Positions 50,936 to 64,000 of a stretch of 64,000 bases of DNA are shown one piece after another (the first letter of the stretch is position 1; each line of letters opens with the position of its first letter). Made by a program: the position numbers and the translations under genes. Source of the DNA: Hydrolagus affinis (Eukaryota); contig JAAILG010000753.1 of assembly GCA_012026655.1 (NCBI GenBank), positions 1 to 64,000 on the forward strand, read 5' to 3'. A model generated the notes under the pieces. That model had not been told where the DNA came from. It saw only the letters and a list, made by a program, of their open reading frames with translations, and did not search any database.

Positions 50936-53419
50936 ATTATGAAGGTCAAGAGAATATATACAGACTAACCCCAGTGGGTAGGGGGTGGGGGAGCTAGTTA
51001 CAGGTTACACAGGCAAGTCTTACACATTTGCACCTCCCACTTTCTCTCTTAATACATTTAAACCTTGTGCCGATGATTCATCTGGTCACAGATAGACAGT
51101 GCCCATTAAACAATAATGATTCACGATTTGCATTGCCTGCAGAGAAGCCATTTTGGAGTCAGATTAATTCATCGTATACTTTGCTCCTGAATTTTAAAAC
51201 TGGAGGCAGGAGTTGGAGGTAAGAAGAGAGGTTTCTTTTTTTAAAAAAAAAGACATTTTAAAGGTATTTTGATGCAACGATAGCGAAACTGATGATACCT
51301 CATCACCCCAAGGGAAATAGCTCAAATGATGGATTATCAGCATTGACAAGTTATCCAAAGTAACTTACACACTTTTTTTAAAAAACAAAACTTCAAAAAT
51401 CCTATATGGCTCAGCAATTTGAAGACCCAACGAAGTGACAAGTTACCAGAGGTGTTTTAAGAGGGAACAATTTTTTTAAAGTGTGAGATCTTGACGAGGT
51501 ACGAGCCACTGATTAATTAACATTTTGCATGGGTAATAGCCAGGATCTTGAGTGAGTGACGAGTTATGTGGGGTTGACAACTTATCCCAGGGGCGAGTTA
51601 TCCAGAGTTTGACTGTATTAAAGATTTGCTTTTTTTTTAATGTTGCACAGCTTGGGAGCAGAAAATGTGCAGAATCAATCTACTCATGGAGACTAGGATG
51701 TCTCCAGACATGTTGGCAATTCAAGGATTATAAGATAACTGTGGTAAATGGCCTCCCAGGATTTGAAATCACTCTGAAGCAAACGCGAAGCTGTAGAACT
51801 CACAGTGCAACTGGGCTTGAGTAACAAGAATTGCCTTAACCCAAGCAATTGAACTCTTGAGTCAAAACTGTCTCGGAGCAATTTAATAGATGTTTGGCTC
51901 TCACAACAGAAACTAAACGTAACATTTATTAGGATTATTACCTTAATTTGTTACAATCCAAGCTGGTTTTATGAGCCTTCTTCCGATGAATATTATAAAG
52001 GGCTGTCGTTACCATGGAAAATGAGGAGATATGACAAAAAGCTGTGAAGTACAAATTACACTGTGCAAGTGGGCTGACCCGATAACTCACTAATGCACAA
52101 ATGAACTGAAAGGTGTGTTTCCACTTCCCAGTTTTGTAATAGCTGAGACGCCGGCCACATAAAAAACCTCTGATAAGTCATGTTCTTGCCGGACACATTA
52201 ACGGAAGAGCATGTTCAGACAAAGGAAAACCCATATGAAAGATAATTGTGAAATTTCACCAGAAAGAAACATCAGGGTGCAATTTGTGGCTTGACATGAT
52301 GCATTGCTTGTATTGTGAATCACGGCAACATTATTCTATACTGGTAGCGTCTTGCATGGAAACTCGTTCTTATTTGAGGTCATAATCGAGTCATAATTAC
52401 TTGATCCCAAAGCTCAATTCTACCAACCAAGTTCCATCCCTTGTTTTGCGAAGAGTTGACAGCTCTGGTGTAATTTAGTTTTAAATCTATATTAATTGTG
52501 GAAGTTGACATTAGATTTGCTGAGATTTTGGAAGTCGCTGGTTAAATATTTGTGCAGCTTAGATTTGGGTAGTGCGTTGTCGCTCTTCATTACACCACCA
52601 ATGATCCATGCCAGAGAGAAAGATGGGACATGTGTTTACATCCCCAATTGCCACACGGTGAGCTAACTACCAGTGGCAGTCACAGCATGAGGAAAGCACA
52701 GAGAACAGATGAATCAATTCCTCACAAGGGAGGAAGAAGCAGAAAAATCACCAGACTGATCACTTCAGGCCACTCTCTCACACCTCTTAGTGTTGAGCAC
52801 AGAATAAATTTCCATTTCCATTAGCAACCTCTGCCTCGAAAGTGTGACTGTTTTCTAAATTAATCCTGCTAGCAATATGATCTTACTTTCAGGTTTAACC
52901 GTTGTGTTTTACCTCAGCCACATTCAATAAAAAAACAGGAGAAATGTGATTGAATAATGTTTACCTTTGTATAGTTAAATGCACGCCTCAAAATGCCTTG
53001 GCAATGCCAGATGGGTTCCTGAGCTGGGGGAGGAAGGGAAAGATGACTAAAATCATGATCAAAGAGGTACAATTTGTTCAAAGAAGAATGTTCAAATACA
53101 GCTTTAATAAAACTTTTTTTCTTTGTTGTGAAAGTTTTTCAGGAAAAAATATGCAAATTGCTTTTCTATATTTTGTGAAAAGTACGTGTGGTTTTTTTGC
53201 CTTTAGTATTCTGTTTTAAATCAATGCTTCCAATATTACGTGATCACAAACTGGAAAGACTGTCAAGTTGAGAGGAAAGAGCAATTAAATCCATGAGCTT
53301 CACAACCAATTATATAATTTATCTAGGGAGCAGCAGATCAATTTTAATGCAGATAAATATTAGGTTATTAGGTAAGGCAGTCTCTGGCCTGCTCCATTTC
53401 CCCCTCCCCAAGCACTCTA

Positions 53420-53605
53420 CCATCGATGGTCAGGCCTTTGGCTGTTCTGCTCCACTCTCTTGAACATGGCCCATCCCAGAGCTCCTCCACCTCAACCTCA
53501 CCCTTGCCTCAGTCAAGGCCAGTCTCAAGACCTTCCTCTATGAGATGTCACATCTTCTGAGATGTCTCCGTGATGTGATAAGACATTGTATCAAATGCAA
53601 GAATT
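53420..53605 (+). mobile_element. L2 3' fragment followed by a SINE tail
   Basis: catcgatggtcaggcctttggc...ctcaagaccttcctct, then tctgagatgtctccgtgatgtg...atcaaatgcaag. Confidence 0.7.
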
Positions 53606-53609
53606 CGAA

Positions 53610-53815
53610 TCATGTAATATTACTGCACAGAAGGAGGCGCTTTGGTCCATCATGCCTGTGGAAGAGCTACCCAATCAATCCCATTTCCCACTCATTCCCC
53701 ATACCCCTACATTGTTTTCCTTTTGATGCATTTATCTAAGTCCCTCTTGAAAGTTCTTATTGCATCTGTTTCCACCACCCTTTTGGGCAATGCATTCAAG
53801 ACTGTAACAACTCTG
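53610..53815 (-). mobile_element. CR1-type LINE 3' end
   Basis: cacagaaggaggc...ttggtccatcatgcctgtg...ttatctaagtccctcttgaaag...ccaccacccttttgggcaatgcattc. Confidence 0.7.
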
Positions 53816-54999
53816 TAACAATTATTATTATTATTAAAGTTAGTTTGACTCAGGTTCCCCTATTGACTGCAAGGGTAAAAGCTAACACCTAGTGGAGCAC
53901 TATGGCACATGGAAGAGAAGGTGGCACATATGTTGACTTAGCTGATCTTAGACAGGTAAGCTGTGATGTCCCAAAGCTTGATAACTTTCACTGACCATGA
54001 GGGAAGATGAAGGTAAATTTATTTTTACTGAAATGTTCTGTTTAAAAGAAGTGGGCTCAATGGGAGAAATGGCATTTTTTTTCTCTCCATAACATGTTTT
54101 CTAAGATTGCTCATGATTAAACTGGGCTTAGAAAGTTTCAGCAGTTTTGTTCAATAAAAACAAGTTTACGAAGCTCATTAAAAGCAAATCACTGATTCAT
54201 GCACAAAACAACATTATTGAATATTAATTGCTCCTTTCTCCAGAGAATCGATTCAGGAATATCACCATAAAATAACATTTAAAGTTATGATTAATTATGA
54301 AGGCTCAGCACACTTCAGAAACGTGTTTTTTTCCATCAATTTCCTTTCTTAATTCATTTCAGTGGGGCCAACTGCAGCTAATTGTATAAAATTGAATGTA
54401 GTCATGAAAAATGAGTTACAAAATTAAAATCATTTTTGGTCTGAGTTGTTCATGTTTTCTGTTTGCGAATAGTTAACAAATCAATTGTTTTCCAATTCAC
54501 ACCGGAGATTGAACTTTACAAAATGCAATTAGAAAAGTCACCTTGTTTTAACCCGGTTGAAATATCGGTCTATTATTTGATCTTTCTACCTTGACTTAGG
54601 CTAAGGGAAGCACCACTCTTGAGACAACAATCAATGCAAGACTATAAATCTACAGTCAAGCTGGAGGGAAGTGTGTTCCTCAACTATTATCACACAGTGT
54701 ACTGGTTCCCAGTGTTACACGTTCCCAATTCATGTGTGGCAGTGGAGATGAAACCACTTTGGTAATTCAATAAAGGACAAACATGAGAGGAGATTCAGTG
54801 GGGAAAAACATACAGAACTGACAAACACTGGAGTCGTGCTGAATCGCAGACGGTAAATTCTGAAGCGCGTGTTTGGGGGAAAGTTGAAAGCAGCTATTTT
54901 GGGAGCGTTTCATCTCAAATCACTTCGTAGTTTGTCCCCAAAGTACCAGCTGTGACTATGAATTTAAAATGAAAGTACTGCAGCAGAGGAAAATAAGTA

Positions 55000-55410
55000 A
55001 GTAATAACAATAATAATAATAATAATCCTTGCATTTGATATAGAGCCTTACCACGTTGTTGAGACGTCTCAAATTGCTTCACAGAATTTAAAGTAAAGTG
55101 AACTGACAGTATATTTGTGAGCGAAAACGTGACAACGTCCCACAAACACCAATGGAGCGAGCGGACAATTTTCATTTGGGGGATTGTTGGTCGGGAAACT
55201 TTTTTCAAAAAGTGCCAATGGGATCGTTAAAGTCCAGCTGAAAAGGAACTCTGTTTAACGATTCATCTGAAGGGATGGGACCTTTGACAATGCAACACTC
55301 CCCCAGTACAGCATTGGAGTGTTACCCTGAGACAATGTCATTGGGGGGGTGGGGTTTCAAACCAGCACCTTTTGACTCAGGGGTGAGAGTGCCATCACTG
55401 CGCCAGACTG
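55000..55410 (-). mobile_element. SINE tail plus ancient DeuSINE-like body and head
   Basis: (aat)n ccttgcatttgatatag..., then gccaatgggatcgttaa...tttaacgattcatctgaagg...tgactcaggggtgagagtgcc. Confidence 0.7.
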
Positions 55411-56564
55411 ACATAATATAAGGTAATGTAGCATAAAAGATGTAGTGTGATTGGATATTGGGTAATATAGACAGCTAGTTTGAACAGATTGAGCACAAGG
55501 TGTTAAAAACCTAATGAGGTGAATAATACAGGCACTAACTCGTCTGAAGTTGGAACAAACCCAGGGTTGAAGAAAAGATAGAAGATTAAGAGAAGAAAGA
55601 AACTCGCTGTTGTTGCTGTGCTTTGTTCACTGGATCAGTAACAGTGCTATTCTCTGTAAGAACTTGCGTTAGGGACGGTTAGGAGGAATTTTAAGGGATG
55701 AAATAGCCCTGGTTTATACTTGCTACAGAAGATATGAAATTAATTGCAATTCCCTTTGACATGGTTAGACCTTTAGCCTCTGCGGTTACTTGTAGTTGGG
55801 AACGTTTAAACATGAGGCAAAGATGTCTTGATTCTATATTACCTGACCATCACACAGATGAAATTTCCAACTTTGGTAATGGACCCGAGTTTATGGGGCA
55901 GTGACACACTCAAATCACCTGATGCTGTGTTGATGGCGAGCTCATTACATATGAAACCACCACCACTTTCACTGCTTAAGAAAGGGTGTTGGTTCTTAAA
56001 TGAATAGTGGGAAAAAAAAGAAAACCTCTTAGGACGAAACTGAGAAGTTATTCATTGAAAGCACTGTAATTAGATATTGCAGGATGACAGCGTGTGATTA
56101 AATAGAGCAGAAACTTTGCCAGAATTTGAAATGAGATTTGCTGTAGTAGAAGTATTAGAAAAAGGTGCCAGCTTTACACTTTGTTAATAAATCTCATACT
56201 CTCTTATACCAGTGTTTGACAGGTAACTGATAAAAGTGGCCAGAATACCTAATTAATGAGTGTCTGGTGTAGATTATGAAAAATTAGGTGTGTAGAGTTT
56301 ATGCAAGTCCTGCTTTCACCCTTGCCGTTACTCCTGATTGTTGTCTATTCAAACTAAATTATACATTAAATTATTGGGTTTATTATATATATTTTTTAAA
56401 GTACTGCCATTGATTAAACCGGTTCACAGAAGCTACACGAAGATTTCATGGCGTCTGATTCTAATCTGTTCTGATAGACTTTCTCTTTTTTTCTCTCGTT
56501 TTTGTTTCTCTCGCTACTTTTGCAACTGTTAAAATCTCACAATGTTCCCTTTGCAAACATAACG

Positions 56565-56685
56565 GACAAGGTAGGAGAGGGGATTAGATGTGGAGACAGG
56601 TTGATGTGGAGTATTAATAAAAGCATGGATTAGTTGGGCTTAGAGCCATGACCTGTTTGGGTGATGCAGCCTATATAATTCCATA
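56565..56685 (+). mobile_element. CR1-type LINE 3' tail
   Basis: aaggtaggagaggggattag...gtggagtattaa...gcatggattagttgggc...acctgttt. Confidence 0.55.
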
Positions 56686-56819
56686 TCATTTTATAATTAA
56701 TAAATGTTGAAAACCATGAATCTTGCAAGTAGCTGTGGGGAGTTGGGGAAGGTTGTGTGGAAATGGATTAAAGTGCAACTATTCAGTATTCAGCAGCATT
56801 CATTTTGGTGCAGTACATA

Positions 56820-57080
56820 TAATAATATAATAATGCTTGAATTTGATATCACTCTTTTCATATCTTCTAGGCGTCTCAAAGCGCTTCACAGAATATACTG
56901 TAAAGTGAATTGACTGTATATTTGTGGGCGAAACGCGGCAGCCAAGTGCGCACAGCAGCATCCCACAAACAGTCGTGGATTGAAATGACCAATTTTATTA
57001 TTGTGTTTTTTTTGAGCAATTATTATTAGACATGTGGAGTAAGGAAACTTGCTCAAGGTTTCGCCCTGACCTGTCTGGAT
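56820..57080 (-). mobile_element. SINE lacking most of its tRNA head
   Basis: Matches 48259-48545 up to ctggat. Confidence 0.9.
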
Positions 57081-57174
57081 ACATCTAATGCAATAGGTAA
57101 CCAATCGCTTCCATTTCATCGCAAGAAATGGTTTCTCTTCCCGCCCCCCGCCCCCCACCCCCCAGTCACCTGCG

Positions 57175-57425
57175 TGGTACCCCACTACCCGAAGCCACTG
57201 CTCATCTGGTACTTACCTCCCTTGCACCCTCCATCAGAGGTCGCACTTTGAGCCACCAAGCCCCCAAACTCTTGAACACTTTCTCTCAATCCCTCCTCCT
57301 TCCCCCCCACCCACTTCCCTTTACAAGTTCTGCCTGAAAACCTTCCTCTTTGGACGAGCTCATGGTCACGTCCCACAAACACCCCCCCCATCACCCCTCC
57401 CACCCCCCTTCACCCCCCTTTTCCC
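57175..57425 (+). mobile_element. L2 3' fragment
   Basis: ccatcagaggtcgcactttgagccaccaagcccccaaactcttgaac...ctgaaaaccttcctcttt plus a C-rich UTR. Confidence 0.7.
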
Positions 57426-57954
57426 ATAACAAACTTGGCAGGTTTAGCTGGTTAACTACAGTTTGTGGAATCCTGAAGCTGCGATTTTAAAGACCCGTCA
57501 GACATCCTCGACTCTCGATATTGAGCCAAAGAAACAAAATTATCAGCTAGTTCTGTGATTCATTTCTATAGCACATTTCTGACTGAGATGATCCATGAAT
57601 TTAATTCTTCACCCTTGATAAATCAGTTTGCACAATGGCAGCCTCCTGCTGTTTATCTGCTGAGAGTCAAAGCGCTGTGGTTCAGCAATCTTTGTTTATG
57701 AATTGGAACCTGTCCCAGGATGTAAGTGGCACAATGGAAGGCAGTTAATAACTATGGAAATAATATTTATCACGTCCACCTCCAGCTATATTTTTGCACT
57801 GTGAATGACATAAGATGGAGAAATTGACATTCATTTCGCCCTTGGATTCGGAAATGCTTTGGTCAAACCAGTGGAATTAGACCCAAATCTTCTTGAAGTA
57901 GACCGCTGATATCCTATATAAACTCTTATGAATTACCTGTACCAAATAGTCAAT

Positions 57955-58085
57955 CAATCAAAGCTTACATTTATATAGAGCCTTTAACATCGAGAGGACG
58001 TCCCAAGGCGCTGTACAGTCAGGAAGGGACAAGAGCAGGGGGTGGGGGGGGAGGTTGAGGCAGGATGAAGGAGAGTAGGAGAGTA
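57955..58085 (-). mobile_element. L2-type 3' tail
   Basis: ttacatttatatagagcctttaacatcgagaggacgtcccaaggcgctg. Confidence 0.75.
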
Positions 58086-61000
58086 GTCCTGAAAGGGGTA
58101 GGTTCCCTCCTGGGAACAACTTGGAGGCAGTGCTGTTTAAGCAGTTACCAGATTAATTGTTCCATCTGCTCCCTTGGCCGAGTTTCCTCTCTTCACCTAG
58201 GCGTTATGAATTAAGGTGAAAAAAGTGATTTCTGCATTTAATATTACTGTGTGAAACTCTGGACAAAGATCAAAATTGTTATTTCTGTTCATCTGTCCCA
58301 TCGAGAACCAATTCTATTAGTTCTCTGCTCATATGAAACCTGGAGATATCATTGAGTCTCAACGTGGGGCTTAATCTTCTGTACTTTCCATCGCATAAAT
58401 ATACAGATAATCTTCTGTGAGTTGTGGTGGTGATGATTCTTACCAGTAATAGTGGTCACATCACACAAGTTAACTCCTCTAACCCCACCACCAGCCGCCG
58501 CCAATTCTTATAACAGCAGCAAACAATGAACACAGTTCTCCATTATTTGCAATTCAGTCAGAACGCAATCTCCTGATCACAGGGATTTGTATTTATCACA
58601 ATTGTAACCTCGAGGGATTACAACACATTTTCATTTCCTTTTCCAACTGAACCAATCTGCTTCTGGCTGGAAAGCTAATCAGGTGTGCACCTGGTTTACT
58701 GAAGACCTCGGTGACACTGTGGTTCGATTTACATCAGTCCAGAGCAACTCGTGAATAGTTTTCTAGGTGAGGCTTGCTCTGGAGAATTTTATTTCATTGA
58801 AAAATGGCCGTTGACTGGAGCAAAGCCATATGTTGAGACATATGCAAAGTCTATTAAAAATGGATTTATGTTGATCATAATAAGGGACTGGAAGTAGTTG
58901 AACAGCTTTTTGTTTTTTTGTTACGTTGACTGAAATTATGAGGTAGAAACAAGCAAGACGACAGGACCTTTTGCCAACAGCATCGCATTAGTTTGGTCAC
59001 CGTCCGCAATTCACCCTAAAACTGCAACTCAAAGTTATTGCACAGGCAAAGCTAATTGTCACATGCGTACAATGGGTTCAGTAACTCTTCTTATTAGGAG
59101 TTCATCTTATCGCCTTCTGACATTAATAGATTTTTAGCCTGGCTTCAACAAATATTTGTCACGGTGAGCATTAATTAGGACTGCGTTAAATCACATTGGT
59201 GCCACACAATACATGCAGAATTTATATATCTTCCACCATTTATCAGCGAGTCTTGGTACATCTTTGAAGGAATAAGGATGAAGCACTTTGCAACAATACT
59301 GTACAGGGAGCACTAGAAACAAAAACTATCAATCTTTTCTTTCCCCCACCCCTAGAACAACGTTTCTCTAATGTGAGCCACCACATGGGGCCATTCATAA
59401 GCAGAGTGGAGACAGTTCTGTTCCCACCATTGGCATCAATATTTCCTTTCAGGTCCAATGATTTCCAATAGTTTTCATGGTGCCTATTCATGCTAGGGAC
59501 CGAAGGCTTCCTTAAAACTCTGGTGCTACGCTTGTCAACAACGGATGCAAATCAAGTAAATGGCGTACTTTGTTTCTACCTAACTCACTTAGTTAAGCAT
59601 TGCTGAACACAATATAATTTCTCCGCTGTGGTGTTGTGACATTGGACACCATTGGTGATACTTTCTGGAAGAGAAATGGCTTACATGTTGATGCAAGGCT
59701 TGGGAGATGCCTGAACCAGGCATTCAGATGCCTGCATGTGGATAAATTAAAGTTTTCTCAGTTGTGATTCTAGTTTTCTTTTATTGCCTGATGAGATCAA
59801 TAGTTGCTGAGCCCTGTTTGCTATTAATAGTAGTCTGACTTTCACTTGGATATGGCACTTCACTTTGAAGGTTAACACTGTATGCTGAGAATGCTCACTG
59901 CGTGTAGGAATATATTAGTTCATTGTTGATCAGTGTAGCAGTAGAGGTAATCTATACGTTACCCAAGTTAAAATAAACCATGGCATTAAAACAAGACATC
60001 ACTTGATATTATTAAAGAATACCCTTTGTGACATCTCGCCGACAAGATAAGACTCCATATCAAGCGCGAGGATTATTATTATTATTCATTGCAAAGGTCA
60101 ATATCACACAATTTCCTCCCTGTTGACACATGATGAACACAAACCTTTCAACAAGTTGTCCATAGAAATGAAATTATAGGTTGAAAAAGGCAATTAGATA
60201 ATCACATTGAATCTGTTATGAAACAGCAGTGTATTTTCATCGCATATTACCCAGCCACAGAACCATAGAAACATTTACAGATGTAAATTTTATGGAAGAC
60301 GTAATTTCAAAACTAACCACTCGCATTTTTATTCATCTTCAACCTGGATATATTTATCATATTGAGAAAGCAGTTAATTGCATTGCTTCCTGTATAATTA
60401 ACAAGCATTTGGACTTCGTGCTTCTCGTGAAATAATGAAAAGTACATCATTAAATTCCTTCCTGATATTCGTCTCGACATCATTGACAATCACCTTGGCT
60501 TGTATTGTAAATTACTGTTTCCTGAACTGTGTTGGTGTTGCCCGCAGCCTTTGACCAAGTGCTTAGTGTAAGCAATCTTTCGGGCTTAAGACAGATATTG
60601 TGTGTCCAACATAATTATGTATAAATTCTGACGCTCCATTCAGCTGCACCTCACTCGTACTTATGTGGTGTGCAGGGAAGCAATATTGCTGAGGGTTATT
60701 AGAGGACATTGTCAAATGCTCAGTTCTATGTGAGAGCAGCCTGAAAGATCACCTACCATTGTAATCATTTTTATTTGTGACGGGTTGGAACAAACAGGAC
60801 TGCTGATGCTGGGAATTCTAAATTGCATTCAACCCAGCCAAGGTTTAGAATAGCCAGGTCCTCCGTCGTTTTGGTTGCTGCTTCAGAAGTGATGATGTGG
60901 CTAAGAATAGAAAGGTCTTGCTGCTCGGGATGAGATATTGCTTTAATTTGGACTCCATACAACCTGAAATGCAGATTCAGGTTGCAGCTGAATGCAATGC

Positions 61001-61109
61001 TACGATCTGGGTTTTAAGGTCACAGGGCAAAATATGTATGAGTTCTGACCTGGGAACCTTAATGTTGGCTGAGCTGCTTGCAAACACAAAGTCCAACTAG
61101 AATAAGAAG

Positions 61110-61340
61110 CTGACATCGTCAGCCTTTCTGCCTCCATCCCACATTCCTCCTTCGAGGTGCATCTCAAAACCCTCCTCTTTGACTGAGCCTTTGGTCACCC
61201 TCCTACCCTCCCTGCTCTCCACCCTCTCCCGATCCCAAACCCTAGCTCGGGTCCAAATCCCTGAATGTCCAGCGTCTGGGACATTCTCCCGATGTGGAAG
61301 ACGTTATGTAGATGTTATTTTGTATTGTGTTGTCTGTTTT
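61110..61340 (+). mobile_element. L2-type LINE 3' end
   Basis: ctcaaaaccctcctctttgac...cagcgtctgggacattctccgatgtggaagacg...ttgtattgtgttg. Confidence 0.75.
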
Positions 61341-61372
61341 TGCACTTATAAACTGGCTCCCTCCCTTTCTTG

Positions 61373-61708
61373 TGGAGCTCCTGTGGCTCAGTGGTTAGAG
61401 CACTTATCTTGCAAGCTGGGGAGACCTGTGTTCGAATCCAGGCAGGTCAGGGCGAAACCTTGGGCAAGTTTACTTACTCCACACGCCTAATAATAATCCG
61501 TCCAAAAAAACCACAAAAATAAAATAGGTCATTTCAATCCACGACTGTTTGTAGGGACACCACTGTCCGCAATTGGCTGCCACAATTCGCCCACAAATAT
61601 ACAGTCAATTCACTTTACACTTACAGTCTATTCTGTGAAGCGCTTTGGGACGTCGATAAGATGTGAAAAGCGCTATATCAAATGCAAGGATCATTATTAT
61701 ATTATTAG
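61373..61708 (+). mobile_element. Full-length tRNA-derived SINE
   Basis: tggagctcctgtggctcagtggttagagc...gttcgaatcc...gcaaggatca(tta)n. Confidence 0.92.
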
Positions 61709-62902
61709 TAGCCTATGACAATTTACATCAATGGACTACCACTGCAAGACTTTATGTTTTTATCAGTTACTCATTGGGATATGCACCTGAATAATCCATT
61801 ATGGGGGGATTGAGCTCATGGCAGAAACAAAACAAAATAATGCAACACCTTATACCCCATCTCCATTAGACAATGAGGCATTGTCTGGATGATCTGCAGT
61901 TGATTAATTTGCAGGAGGAATGCCTTGAGGATCACCGAAGATTTTTCTCTAACATTTTTAACATGAGTAGTGCAATCACTGACTGTTGAACAAGTTCAAT
62001 TCATGAATCGCTTTATTATTTGCAAACGTGCATTGAACGTCCAGATGAAACATAATATTGTTTAAAGTCTGGGCTTCTTTAAAACGTAGCTTCAGATTCT
62101 TGCATGCTGGACGAGGGAAGAACATGATTCAGCGAAGTGATTTATTTCATTGCCTATTGCTGAGTTGCATTGCTCGTGGCTGGGTGCTTTCATCATCTCC
62201 TAGTGTTAAATCATTGCTGCCTTCTTAACTTACTGTCCTCCAGGGTTGTTGCTCACCCCTTAGCTAATCTTTTCTGGCCCACAGTGTTTGTTGTTCCCAG
62301 AAGTTTCTCCTGTTTCTCCAGTCCTACCAGGTGCTCGCGTTGCAGGTAAACAATGACTAAGCGAAATTGAACATCAAAAGAAAAGAATTGGGATGAAAAC
62401 AGGCAAGCTGGATGTAAAAGAGGGAAAATGGACACCTACATGTTAGCAAAGCAAGATATAGGATATTGACGCAGGACAGAATGAAAGCAGTCAATGGAAA
62501 ATAAACATCCTGTTGGATGGAAATTGTATTGCAAGTATTGGTTTCTGCTGTCTCCCTGTACTAAGAGCTGTTATGGAAATGTATGCAGGTTTATATAAAC
62601 ACTTTGCATCTCTCCGCAGCTGTACTTCCATGCTGTCACAGGCGGAATTAAATTATTAAGATTCCCAGGACAATACATAGGACGGATGTGTGGTAAGGAC
62701 AATGATTTAATATGTGCGTGTGAAAGGACAATTGTTTTGCTGTGTTCTGTGATTTCCCTCAGTGCAAAATTACAACTCCAAAATATAGATGAGATTTGCT
62801 GGGATGCATTCAGGTTGGAGTGTGTGTGTGTTGCTGCACAGTAACAAATAAGCATCAACTACTTTTCCTACCATCCTGTGCATATTATACATCTGTCCTT
62901 TA

Positions 62903-63112
62903 GGCTGCCACCCCAAGTGAAGGGCGCTGTATAAATTTAGCTGTTGTTGTTATTATTGTTGTATCTGAACATAAAGGGGTAATTACACAGGGATTATAAA
63001 ATTCACTGAGAGAGAACGAAAGAAACCCTGAGTTTGGGGAGGAGGACAACAACAACAACAAAATTACATTTATAGAGCGCCTTTCAAGTCGGGAGGACAT
63101 CCCAAGGCGCTG
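62903..63112. mobile_element. Two L2-type tails in tail-to-tail orientation
   Basis: Plus tail gggcgctgtataaat...tgttgttg (to ~62960) and minus tail (caa)n aattacatttatagagcgcc...cccaaggcgctg (63046-63112). Confidence 0.75.
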
Positions 63113-64000
63113 AGGAGAAGCAGAAAATTAGATATTTTACATCAGATAATTATTAGGTTCATTCTGTTATGAAACACTGCATTTTCAACCCCTTGATTTC
63201 AAAGTGCAACATCATATAATTTCAGAAATAATATATTTCTTCATCAGCTCCATCTGATATCGATGGGACAACACTTTCAAATTAAGGTGCACACAAATGA
63301 AATGCATCTTATATAAGAGTTTCATTAATATTCTACTTGCAGCCTGTTTATAGATGAAAACATACAAACTGATACTCTGCCAGGGCAGATTGAGTTTACA
63401 GCCCAAGAAACATGGTCTCTCTCTCTGACCCGTCAAACTAATGTCTCATAACTACTGCATTTGTATTTTCTAAAATGATACAAACTGCCTACACACTTAG
63501 AACTTGGCTAGTTCACAACCTCTAGTAAGTATGTTACTGCATTTTTACTCCCCTATTGAATTCTGCTCCCGAATACTTCATTCATTTATTTGGTATTGCC
63601 TTTCTCCTAACCATCCATAGCCATTTGGAACATAGAAGGTCCTTATCATCGAGTCACTAATTCCTGATTAATTTCCCTTTATTTTCCTTTATTCATTTAT
63701 GCCACAAAATAAACAGTCAATCCACTTTACAATATATTGTATTGTCTTACGCTGTAGAGCCATTTTGTCTTAAAATTAAAAATAGAGTGAGCAGAATGTT
63801 AGAAAAGTCTTCAATTCAACCCTAATTTGGAAGCCCTAAACTTTGTCTAATAGTATGTCAGACTGATTCAAGGAGAGTTGGAAATAAGGAATGAGAAGGA
63901 GAAATAGGAGATCAAAGGCTGAATGGTGGAAGTGTTGCATGAGGTGAGAAGATTTGATATCATAGTTGTGAAATTAGGAATACTTTGGACAGCAGGTACC

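Noticed and set aside
50100-64000. Exons of a neighbouring gene (e.g. TAF4) downstream of cdh4
   Set aside because: No ORF or splice-bounded segment with a recognisable protein sequence was seen.

Overview
Vertebrate genomic DNA, most likely from a cartilaginous fish (inferred from repeat content; a chimaera such as the elephant shark is plausible but unproven). The + strand carries the last 12 coding exons of a type I classical cadherin, best matching CDH4/R-cadherin (equivalent to exons 5-16; 7375..48855). They total 2175 nt, i.e. 724 aa plus stop. All introns are GT-AG with consistent phases. A ~1.2 kb 3' UTR follows, then ~14 kb with no recognisable exon. The introns and flank contain many copies of a tRNA-derived SINE with a (TTA)n tail, L2-type LINE 3' ends with (TTG)n tails, CR1 tails and older repeats, several of them nested. 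The 5' end of an apparently young LINE sits at the left edge. Apart from the ORFs that overlap cadherin exons, the ORF track is mostly noise. I did not find a convincing new gene system. The best leads are the heptad-expanding ORF at the left edge, the retainable 87-nt intron in the transmembrane segment, inverted SINE pairs around exons, repeated insertion into the SINE tail hairpin, and enhancer-like noncoding blocks.
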